64,000 nucleotides of DNA from the NCBI RefSeq assembly GCF_026571515.1, contig NW_026862309.1, positions 186,001-250,000 on the forward strand, read 5' to 3'. Origin of the DNA: Ruditapes philippinarum. Its lineage: Eukaryota. The translations under genes were made by a program, and so were the position numbers. The notes beneath the pieces were generated by a model. The model worked only from the letters and a program-made list of their open reading frames with translations, ran no database searches and had not been told where the DNA came from. Of this stretch, positions 14,371-26,400 are shown in pieces; positions within the stretch are counted from its first letter, which is position 1; each line of letters opens with the position of its first letter.

Positions 14371-15319
14371 ACAAAGTTTTATGTTCATCAATAAGTTGAG
14401 GAACTGTATGTATATAGTGGGATACTTTATAAAAGTAAACTTAATCTTACTCTAATGCACAATTATGCTCTGTGCTTTTGCTTAGTGTTTGACTGATTAA
14501 TAGCATTATATATTCCCAGTTAAGGTCTCTCGTGGATACCTTATTGAAAATATGTTGGTAATACGTTAATTAAGTGTTGAAATAGTTAAAATTTTGTTTA
14601 TTTAGATTTATTTGTATTTATTTGCCTCACTACTCTATGTTACTTGTGTCTATCTTATATCAATTAAGCCTTGGTAAATTGAATATCCTAACTCACTTTT
14701 GATCTCATTTGATTACTGTTGATCTCATTATGTTTTATACTGTGCATGATATGTGGCACAAAATCACAATTATTTTTCACCCCCACATGACAAGGGATAC
14801 AGGGATACAAGGGTTACACAAGGTTACAGTGGGATACAGTGAATTTCCATCATGTAACAGATATTTTTAATTCATTAATTTTTGACTTTTTTGTTATTTG
14901 TTTCACCTAGAAATATTATTTGAATTAAAAAAGAGATCTAATTTTACTTATTATCGATAATCCATTAACATCACCCAATCAAAGGGGCTTATTAGCTGAG
15001 TAATTAGTGAGCAACGGCCTTGGTGGATACTAATTATTTATTGAGAAAGATAACAAAAAATTGATGTTTTGTGACTAACGTTATAAAATTATTTTTAGAC
15101 TATGCAGTCAGCATAAATTTAATTTTAATCTGGTGAAACATTGCACTGATTTTTTTCCTTTGCTAAAACATACTTCAATAAGGCACATGTAAGTTGTATT
15201 ACAAAAGATAAAAACCTTTTCCTTCCATATATCAATGTTTATTTCTGAATAATTAAAGTTCAACTTCATATGAACATATTTATTATAATTAGAAAAAAAG
15301 ATCATATTTTATTTGGAAA

Positions 15320-15535
15320 TACATCTATTTTGTTTGTTTGTAGGGTTTTTTCTTACTTTTTTAGTCATATCAATGTTTATTTAGTGATATACACGCTTGT
15401 TTATTGAAATTCTTGTGACCATAGATCATAAACCAAAATTTCATAAAGTACTTCATAAGCTGTCGAATAAAACATCTATTTTGTTTGTTTGTAGGGTTTT
15501 TTCTTACTTTTTAGTCATATCAATGTTTATTTAGA
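15320..15535. repeat. ~65-bp direct repeat pair at the left junction of the second duplicated GALM segment
   Basis: ACATCTATTTTGTTTGTTTGTAGGGTTTTT...CAATGTTTATTTAG at about 15321 and 15472. Homology to about 1787 onward begins right after it. Confidence 0.7.
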
Positions 15536-15760
15536 TCATATACAAGAAATGTTAGCTTTTACTAATGATTTAATACCAGCTCTTCGTGATACTTAATTTT
15601 TTTCTTAATTATGAGTAAAAATGTCCTCTCGGCAAAAATATCTTGGATATCTTTAGTATATTGACTTACTAAGAAACAATATATTTGATATTGTCATTTT
15701 TTACATATTATGTAAAAAAAACATTATCATTTGATCGTGTATATGATATGTACAAAAATG

Positions 15761-18700
15761 TCAGTTGGTCACTCCAAATTTATACCATGAAGTTGTGTGG
15801 TATGTCTCACCAGGGCGCAATATGCTACTTGGAAAACTTGGCTGAAATAAAAAGGAACGTATTGTTTACTAACAGCAGACAGAAGGAAATAACAGTGACT
15901 GAAGAAATCCACAGTGTTTACTATATAATACTATACATTTAAAGTCTTATTTACCCTTTTATGGCACGATATTTCTGTTGCAAAGAAGAGATGTATTTTC
16001 CAAAAGTGATTCAAAATAATCAAACTTATCTTACTAAAACGCTTATTATACACGTGTATTTAACAAATTTGTGTATCAAATGAAAATAAAACAAATTATA
16101 CGTGGCACTTACTACATTAACAGAAGCTGGATAGCCTTGAGGCATGAACAAAATCCCGCCACTCTTTTTATATACAACACCGTCCTTGCATTTGGAATCT
16201 TTCAGCAAGAAGTCTAAGTAGAAACAGCTATATGCAATAAACGCAGGTTCGGTAGTGGATACTTCAATAAAACGCCCCGAGGCTGGGTGAACCGCCCTGA
16301 AGAAGAACGACTTTTTCTTATTATCAATGAATGATTCGTTAAGACATTTCTACAAAATGCTGCAAAAATGCACACAAGTGTGTAAATTACAATTATCGAT
16401 GTGTCATTAACATTAAATACATATTAATCATGCCAAGCTGATATGTAAACGGTATTTTAAAGAAGAAATCAGCTTGACTTTTTTATTTAATTTTGTATGC
16501 TAATTGTCTTACAGCTTTAAATATATATTTACAAAACCACATCAAAAACGTGTACTTGAGAATTGATCATATATGAGCTATATAGTGGTACATTAGCATT
16601 TAAAGTACATATTCAGCTTAACAAAACATACTTAGCAACCATTTTCTTCTCCCCTTTGGCTCCAGGTAAGATATAGGCCAAGTGGAGACCATCCTTGCCA
16701 GGCATTTTATCAAGAACATCGTTAAGGACTGTTGGTTTCTGGAGGTCATACATTGTTCCTGATACATTAGTTATCGTTCCTGAAACAAATTCCCCAAAAG
16801 AACATCATTTTCTCATTATCCTGTGACAAACCTGACCAATGCAAAATTGAATGTTAAGCTATATATATATATAGTTTATAATAGATATAGCGGCATCAAT
16901 TAACTATATAATCAATATATACAATATCTTTTAAGTGTGTTTTCTTATATAGTAAAGTTCGGAGCCTTTAAAGCATACCTGTTGGTATAAAGTTTTCATT
17001 GAATTCCAGATATTGCGATGCATTCATGTTCACTACATGATCACCAATATATCCACCATCCTGTAATACATTTAATAATTTCTGTAGATTGTAATTTCAA
17101 AAAATTAAAAAAGGGAACTTCTTTGTAAGCAGCGGTCTCACTTACTCCCGGCAGAGCCCAGGACCACCACGGTAAGTTACTGGGATGATCCGGGGCGATC
17201 CGGGGTGAAATTAGTGTTGCGGTCACACTTACCCTGTCAGCACTACGGTAATACGCAACTAACCACCCAGAATGCGCTCCGGACCTTCCAGGTATAGCCC
17301 AGGTGAAGCTACGGTTCATGCCGGTGCTTCCCCGGTGGTTCCCGGATGACGCAAGAAGAGCCCCGGTTGACCCAGGCAGAGCCCCGGTCGATCCAGGCAG
17401 AGCCCAGGACAATCCAGTGCAATCATCGCAAATTGTCGTGATTGTTTTGAAATGAACCGGGCTTTGCCGGGGCTCTATCGGGATCAACCGTAGCTCCATT
17501 GTCATCCTCCGGGGCTCTGCCGGCATCCTCCGGGGCTCTGTCGGCATTCACCGGGGCTCTGCCAGGATTCACTGGGGCGTAGATACCGGCTATATCATAC
17601 CTCGGTTCATCCTCGGTTTGTGCCGACAGAGCTACGGTGCTTCATCGGTGTAACCCTGGTCGTCTTTGCAGAGCTAAGGATGAAGCCCACAAAGCTTTAC
17701 TTCGCGGATCACCCCGGACCACCCCGGTGATATTAAATATTTCATTCCTTCCGGGATCGAATGCAAGATGTTCCCGGACATTCACAGACGTTGCACTGAT
17801 GTACTCCGGTTCCCGGCCGTACCCCGGTCGTTCCAAGATCACCCAGGACGTCTTTCGGGGCTCTTCCGGGGTTCTGCCGGGATTTTAGTGAGCCTGTAGC
17901 TTTAGGCTACTGCTTAAATTTCTTTAAAATGGAGCATGTTTTTCTCAAGAAAATTGCAGAAACTTGCGATGAACTATATACATTGTTTTATAGAAAAACA
18001 TATTTTCATGTTAGCTAGCGATTCCAGCTTAGATTTTATCATTTTCATACAACGTTAACTTATATCATGCAGACGTTATAAAGATAGCACGGTGCCTATA
18101 CACATTGACATTTAATTATTAAAAAACCAATACAAAAGACGGTCTAGATTTTATTTTCTACCATACAAATTTCATTTTTTATTAGATGAAGAAGTGTCGA
18201 GTCCGCTAAGTTCTAGTGAGGAACCCTTATCATGTTCTAACCTAAACTAAAGTGAGGTATGTTGTTCAAACATACGGTTTCACTTTCCGTAAAAGAAATA
18301 CATTTTAAAGAAATATATATTTTTTATTTACACTTTATCCCATTAAATATAAGGAACTATTAAAAAAGGTAACTGAAGAAAACAAAAAAAAAACAGACAA
18401 ACAAACTCTGGACGTCTATTAATTGTATTGGTTTTTGCCCCGCTTAATTCACAAAAAGTCACATGGTGAATGCAGTATTAACATTCCAGTATATGTATTG
18501 TTTTTGTAGAATAAACATTAAGGATTAATCTATGTATCATACAGCATCGTGTATCATTTCAATGAAATGTCGATATTAATATGTTAATCTTACATGTCCG
18601 GAAAGGTTCACCATGAAATGGTTTGATATATCTACAGGTGTGGGCTTGTTAGTTGTTGCCTTGTAATCAATCATGAGACCGGACTCTTCAGTTAGTTCAT

Positions 18701-21488
18701 ACGTCACGGTGATAGTTACATCTCCAGGAAATCCCTCCGAACCATCCGTGTCAACGTACTGGAGGCGGAGTTTTGTACCGTCTATTGTCCAATCAAAGCA
18801 TCTCTTGAATTGAAATATACATAATGCATATGTTATGATGAGTTAAGCTAGGTTATTTTTGTTCAAATCCTAATTGATTTCAAATTTAAAAAAATGATGC
18901 AATATTTTGATTTCAAACAAATTTTGATTCTATATAAGAATGCTTTGTATTACAATATCGTTACCCAGATTTTTCTTTATAATTTAGATGGTCGTTTTAA
19001 TGAATCGCATATGTTCAGTGCTAATTTAATTTCTTAATTCCCAAAGAAATTCATACAAATGCCCACTTTGCTCAATAGTGAGAACATCGGAAAAGTAATC
19101 TTGGGGTCACTGGACGAAATTTCCCCGTGACAATTAATTTCTAACATTGAGTCTAATGGTCATTTGTCAAAATTGTGGGATTAATAGTTGGTCGTTTTCG
19201 TAGAAATTGGCAATTACTGATATGTTATCCAGTAGTCAAACTAATTATCCAGGAAAGCCGGTTAGGTAAGTCGACCGCCGGGATATGTCTAAAATAAAAT
19301 GTGTTTTCAAAACTGGGGTATAAACCAGAAAAACAAATAAATAGATGAAATCATGAAAATATGAAAACACAAACCCTTGTTAGACCTGTGAAACCTCCAT
19401 GACAAAAATTGTTTCCTAGTAGCGGATCACACTTTGAAACATCATACTTAGTACCGTCAAGTTCAAATGTCGCACCATCTATACGGTTAGCTACTCTACC
19501 ACATATGGCGCCCATAAATGCTGGATTCGTTTCATATCCTAAAATTTGAATTGTGTAACGTACATTTTTAAATGATGAATAGAATACAAAGTGTTATTTT
19601 CATACTGATTTTGAGTTAGAATGATTGTGTAGCTTACTACTAGTATTTTGCATGCATACTTAACAAAAGTTGTTGCTTCATCTAGAGTATTAGCATCTGG
19701 ATAGGAGGCTTTTCCTTGCCATTTTAATGATCAAGCATAAAAGATAAAATATCTTGATAACGCATCAATATAATATTATTATCATTATTCTAATTGCACT
19801 CTTAAATTTATTTTCTTAGATAGATCTAAAGTTGTGATGCAAGTAGCTCCAAGTTGTTGGAGACGGTTGAGCAAATGTGGGCAATTAATAAATACAAGCC
19901 ACTATATACTTCACCATCAAAGTTGTCATATGCAAGGCATACATCTACTACTTTTCCATTTCGATCTGGTACCAAGATATCTTTTACTACACAGCCAAAG
20001 TTAAGAATATTCACTGATATTTTTCCTGCTTTCAGTGTGAATCTGCAAAGAATCAACACACCACATTTTATCTGTTAGTAAAATCTTGCAAGCAGACACA
20101 TATGATATGGGATGTGTATTAACTATCGACTGTATTCATGAACATGTCGCTATTTACATATTTTATTTTTTTTAATTTTTTATTTATACATTTTAGGAAC
20201 ATAGCACATGATACAGAATATAAAATCATACAGTTAAGAGTGTATTCATAAACATGTCGCTATTTACATATTATATTTTTTTTTATTTTTTATTTATACA
20301 TTTTAGGAACATAGCTCATGATACAAAATATAAAATCATACAGTTAAGAGATAACATATATAAATCATATATATAAAATGATATCATAAAATAAGAAGAA
20401 TAAAGATCAACAAGGCAAAGGCAACGTTCACAGGACGCCACCCCCGACACACCCAAGCAGGGCACCTAAACGGCACCAAACAAAAACCCGGAATGGACAC
20501 AGGGGCGAAAGTAGTGGGACATAAAACAGCATAAAAGAGCACACTGTTGTCATAAAAAATAATAATAATAGGTACTATGCACCTATGGATAGCCCATTAA
20601 GCAATGGGGTCCATAAAAATAAAAATACATATTTATAACCCTTTCCCCCCTAAAAAACAATGCAAATATGTAACTACATATGCAATTTTTATATGTTATA
20701 TTTATGTTAAGTCTATATATTCTATGCTGGTAACTGATCACACGCATGAATAGTTAACCCTTTCCCTCATAAGGATATTGTGAAAAATGGCCGTTTTCAT
20801 TGAAAAGCCTCCTGTTACAAGTTCAAACTGCTATGAAACTATGAAAAATGCTTAAATACTAATCAAACTTGGCACAAATTTTGACTGGACCATTGCCTTT
20901 GTAACGACATGCTCAGTCGTAAATTTTCTGTTACCATGGCAACGAGGGGACATCTCAAAATTGCCAAAAATCACTATTTTGCCTTGATTTTTTTTCATCA
21001 AAATTTATTTCAAAGTGCTGCAACTTCTCAAGGGATTGAGATAGAGTCAAAGGCTTTTCAGCGTTGGTTACACATTACCGTAGGATCAACCTGGGGTCAT
21101 TTTCAGCCTCTCAGAAGTCCAAAATTTTCTTGGCGATGACGGGGACTACCGCCCCCCTTCAACCCCCCAAACAGAAGGGGACACATCCCCTTCTGGCAAC
21201 CCCTTGATGTACCTTTTGGATGGGGGCCGCGCCGAACAAGTGATCACATTTTTTAGCAACATTTCTCAAACGAAAACATGTGTTTGGGCCCAAATAGAAC
21301 ATTTGTTTCACTATTTGAGGCCTGAAAGAGGGGGGGGGGTCAAAAGTGCGTTGTTTCGCGTATATATGAGGTAAAGGGTTAAATAGGTTAAATAAAAAGG
21401 TTTAATAAAGTCTGACTCACTTGTAAACATCTTTTCCATCTTTTGTCGTTCCAAATTTCTCTTTAACAATATCGTGTGCAGATGACAT
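15761..21488 (-). CDS. GALM: Aldose 1-epimerase/galactose mutarotase-like protein copy 2, 354 aa; exons 21488-21421, 20042-19915, 19538-19375, 18803-18594, 17060-16979, 16779-16632, 16296-16113, 15841-15761
   Basis: GT-AG exons join in phase to 1065 nt: MSSAHDIVKEKFG...GRVANRI...CHGG...EGFPG...SNHFMVNLSG...IPTG...HPASGR...LRPGETYHTTSWYKFGVTN*. Collinear with human GALM along its full length. Confidence 0.9.
17128..17901. mobile_element. GC-rich non-autonomous TIR element (PIF/Harbinger-like) in intron 4 of GALM copy 2
   Basis: Imperfect TIRs (AGCAGCGGTCTCACTTACTCCCGGCAGAGCCC / GGGTTCTGCCGGGATTTTAGTGAGCCTGTAGCT); internal CCGGGGCTCT repeats; absent from copy 1. Confidence 0.6.
20160..20665 (-). 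mobile_element. Probable poly(A)-tailed retroelement 3' fragment with a ~108-bp local duplication
   Basis: T-rich tract on the + strand (A-tail on the minus strand) and a duplicated block 20132-20350. Absent from copy 1 intron 1. Confidence 0.35.
20758..21378. mobile_element. piggyBac-type MITE, 621 bp
   Basis: TTAA-CCCTTTCCCTCATA...TATGAGGTAAAGGG-TTAA. The paralogous empty site in copy 1 (about 6039) has a single TTAA. Confidence 0.85.
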
Positions 21489-22019
21489 AGTGATTATTTT
21501 AACGGTTAACCTTCAAATCCTCCCGCATGCGTTTGTTTAAATTGTAAAATGACATCACGGATAAGACATGACTTCTTTTCAAAACCTTATCATTGACATA
21601 CATATATACGTGCATATATGCACTAGATTTGCATTAAACATGTCTGATTCGAGAGAGATAAATATAAAAAAAAATGTTTTTAATTAAACAGTCTGCTGTA
21701 AGAAGGATAAACATATAACTAATGTGTCCAATAGGAAGAACATTGGATTTACAATCCAATTTTCCTGCAACAATTGATCTCGGACATTGAACATTAATGT
21801 TCATTTGCCTCTCAGAAAAACAAAATCGATCATTGCTGGTGAGTAATCAATCAAAACAGCAGATTGCTTGTGATTCTGTATCAAAACTATCTTAACTGTT
21901 TCAAACAATTCACTAATCATACATATTCTTTTATTGTTTACATTTTGGGCTAGGCTTAACGATATGGAGTTATATATCTATTTCAACTTTCATGCAAGCT
22001 TTACCAAAGAAGTTTATGA

Positions 22020-22780
22020 CAGCTTAGACAAAGGTCAACAGACTGATGTTATAGTATTGGACACCTATCTATCTCTACAGCATTTGATAAGGTAGGTAGA
22101 CTAATGTATGAGCTACCCACATATATTATTAACTCTGAATTAGATTTATTTTATTTAACCGCTCTCAAATAGTAGCGGCAGAGGGTCACCTAGCAAAGGA
22201 ACTCTCCGTACTTTCTGGTGTCCTCTGGTAAATTGGTCATCTGTTCCTTTCATACATCAACGATCTTCCTAAATCAATCAAGGGTAAGGCTCTTTGTTAA
22301 GTTCAACCTTGTTTACATAACAATCATTTCTTCGTCAGATTCTTAACTCTTACTAAATGATCTACATCAGTTAGAAGTTTGTTAGAGAATTGGGTCATGA
22401 AATTTAATACTGTTTATTATTACCTGTCGTAAGAATGGTCCTGAAATTTGTTCTTAGTCCTTACATAATACAACATTAAAAACATCAGATTCTTTTGAAA
22501 TACCTTAGGATGACCATTTAAATAGATTTAAACTCGACCCAACATATAAATAATGTAACATTTATTGAAGCAAACAACTGCCTCCGCTATATTAAAAGAA
22601 ACATAAAAGCATCAAATTAATGGGTCAATGGTGCTGCAAACACAACTTATGTAAGACCACAAGTAGAATTTTATTTAAAAAAATCGGCATCCTTGGCAGA
22701 AACATTTTGCCTATACAGTAGAAACTGTACAGTATATAGAGCTGAAGCCATGTACATACATGTATTTCTGGAACAAAGTT
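22020..22780 (+). mobile_element. Old CR1/L2-type LINE RT relic (copy 2)
   Basis: Same decayed RT motifs as 13395-14370. Confidence 0.6.
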
Positions 22781-23408
22781 TTATGTTCATCAATAAGTTG
22801 AGGAACTGTATGTATATAGTGGGATACTTTATAAGTAAACTTAATCTTACTCTAATGTACAATTATGCTCTGTGCTCTTGCTTGGTGTTTGACTGATTAA
22901 TAGCATTACATGTATATGTTCCCAGTTAAGGTCTCTTGTGGATACCTTAATTATTGAAAATATGTTGGTAATACGTTAATTTAAGTGTTCAAACAAGATT
23001 TTGTTTATTTAGATTTATTTGTATTTATTTGCCTCATTACTCTATGTTATTTGTGTCTATCTTATATCAATTAAGCCTTGGTAAATTTAATATCCTAACT
23101 CACTTTTGATCTCATATTTGATTACTGTTGATCTCATTATGTTTTATTCTGTACATGGTTAACATGTCATCTAAACTAAATGACCCATGATTAGTAAATA
23201 AACTATATTTTATTCTATTCAGATCTAAATTCAAGTAATTTATCTTTATTAAAAGTATCTATTGGAGCAATACCTACTGGCACAGCCTAATAATATGTTC
23301 TCAGAAAGGTTATTAAATCCACTTTCAAGTGAATACTATGCTTTGTGGTTGTATAATACTCTTCTGTTTAGGAGATACACCGGTGGGTTTCACACGCCTA
23401 AATCTTAA

Positions 23409-26400
23409 ATGCAAAGGTTGCTTTTGCAGTTTCCAATTTTTCAACTTAGTTCAACCACTAAAAGTATTGCTAGGTCAATATCTACAATATTTTCCAGAAA
23501 AATGAGCGTTAAATCAGCACCTTATGGATCCTGGACATCCCCTATCAGCAGTAAACTTGTGTCCGAGAGTAGTGTTGGGTTTCAGGAAGTTCATGTTGAT
23601 TCACATCCTGATCACAAAGGTTTAGGAATAAATTAAGATTGTTTCTGATTGACAGTTAAGACAAAATATATAAAATACATTTATTATTATAGACATTGAC
23701 CATGCATTTGTTATGATCAAAATTTCTAACTTTTCTTTAGTAATAATAGGGCCTACGATTTATTCAATACAAAGTATTGTTAATTTGTTTTATTTGTTGT
23801 TTTTTTTTAACTTTGTTTAAACTAAAATAAAGATTCAAATGTAAATCACTGTTAGGCTAAGTTTAAACTAAAATGAAGATTCAATTGTAAATCACTATTG
23901 GGCTACAAGCAAACAGGACGTTTCGGCCCCAAACCAAATCGGCCCCTGGACATTTCGGCCCTTTTCCGCGAGACGTTTCGGCCCCACTTTAGTATATTGC
24001 TTGATATGTTAAAAAAAAAATGGTTTGCTATCATCTCATGATAATATTTTTAATTATTATTGTTATTAGATAATGATAGATGCTAGATGTAATAAAACTG
24101 ATTGAAAAACTGAAACCAAATTGTATTAAAATGCTATATCATATGTACCTGCTATAGATAAGTTATAACATTCGAAAATAAAGTGTTTGTGCGTATCATT
24201 GTTGGAATATATAAAATATATATAAAATTAAATTAGAGAAATTATTTGCTGGATATTAACTGTGATTTAATACTTACAATCGGATTTTAAGTGTAAATAT
24301 TATGAAATGTCCGATATAGGTATGCGATACAGGTAGGTCATTTTTGAATATATTAATTTAGATTTCAGGACTTTACACCTCCTGGACGTTTCACCTTTGG
24401 TCTTTACACCTCCTGGACGTTTCACCTTTGGTCTTTACACCTCCTAGACATTTCGGCTACTTTTTTTTATAAATAATATTGTATACTGTATGGATTAATA
24501 TCAGTAAACTTGTTTGACATACCTTAGTTGTTACACCTTAATTGGATTATATTGAGTGATAATTGAGATAACTCAATATCATATAAATTTGCATGATAGA
24601 CATTGAGAGAATATTTGTTTTTTGAAATTTATAATTAAGAAATTTTATTTTAAAAAATGACATTCTTGTTCAAATAAAATTTACCAAATATGTTTCAATG
24701 TATGAAAAACAGATAAAAACAAAATGATCAGATTTACTAAATTTTATTCAGAGTTAATTACTATATCTACAATGTATGCACTATACAATAACATAACATT
24801 AAAATAAACACTGTTATTTTCATCATGTAATTTTATTTCCTATTTTATAAAAACTAATAAGAACTATAAGTTACACACTTCTATAGGTGCTAATTTAGTA
24901 ATTAATTAACCAGTGTTTATAATGGCATTATAAACACTGGTTAATTAATGCTTTATTCAAAATTGTTTCACACTTCTAATTGTTCTTATCTGTTATATAA
25001 AAACATATTTTAGATTTAATTAATCAATATGTTTTATGGTTTTTAATTTTTGGATAACAAAAAAAAATGAAATAATATATACATGTAGACTTATAGCTGA
25101 TAATTCTTTCAGAGCTCATATTTATAATTATTTTCCCAGGGAAATTTTACTACGATATTTATGTCAAAAAAATCTTCTTTATTAGTTTATATCATGAATG
25201 TAATTGTTTGCAAGTATGTGTTATATTATATATAATATTATAACCCATAATGGTATTTATTTCATATATTTATCAAATTTAAAAAGTGGAGGTGAAAAGA
25301 CCAGGGTTTTGAGGGTGAAACGTCCAGGGATGAAACATCCAGGAGGTGTAAAGTCCAAACACCTTAATTTAGAAAGGATTTCCCAAAAATTAATATATTG
25401 CACCGATAGTTCATTTGTTATTGTTTTTTTTCCCATCAAACTGGTCACTGTTAAATAGTTGTTGATGATAATTTAATGTCTGTCTCGTGTATTGTTTTGT
25501 GTCTTGCTTCTTAATCTTTCAAATAAAATATTATCTATATATGTTGTAAATAATTGTTTGTTTGTGTATTATATTTTTTCAAATAAAGTTAATGTTCTGT
25601 TCTGTTTGTATTGATTACTTTTGGAACCCTACTACTATTATAATCTAGTTTTTATACAAAATGATTAAATATATATATTAATTGATTCATTTATTTATTA
25701 AAATGCTATTAATATAAATATATCGGTTTAAAATACAGTATTTATTCTGGGGCCGATTTGGTAAAGGGCCGAAACGTCTCGGGTAATTTGGGGCCGATAT
25801 GTCTTGGGGCCGAAACGTCTCGAAATCGGGCTACAATATGGTGTGTTATATAATTGTTAAAGGATCATTGAGTGACCAGTATGCCTCACCCTTTAAGGGC
25901 TGCTTTTCCTGGTTTCTTCCTACTGACCTGACTTTAATGCCTGTGTCAGTGGAACTAGCAATATCTTATCTCATTACAGGTTACCTAGCAGTTTCTGTTC
26001 CAAATTGCAATTTGTTAGAAATAAGAATCTGTCATCTGACGAGTACTAAACTATGACAGAACACAGTTAGGTACCTGCATGTCCAGCAATACAATGTTGC
26101 ACTTTCACTTTAGGCCAGGGTCTTGAAAGACCCTGTTTAGGCCTACTTTTTAATTGGAATATGGGCCTGAAATGCAGCACCTTTTCTCAATTTTATTTAA
26201 AATTTTAATAGCAGTTTTTTTAACTTTCTTTATTTTAAGTATAATTCAATACTAAAAACTAAAAAAGCATTGTTAATGATTTTATCAAAGAAATAGCATT
26301 TTTCAATCTTTTCCGTGTCGTCTGCAAATATATTGTTATACCTGGAATGGGGCCTCAATTATTGCACATGAGCCTTCAAACTGGCATTCTCACATGTTGC

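Noticed and set aside
17041-17888. 168-aa repetitive ORF and overlapping ORFs
   Set aside because: They are products of the GC-rich MITE repeats in an intron and are absent from the paralogous copy.
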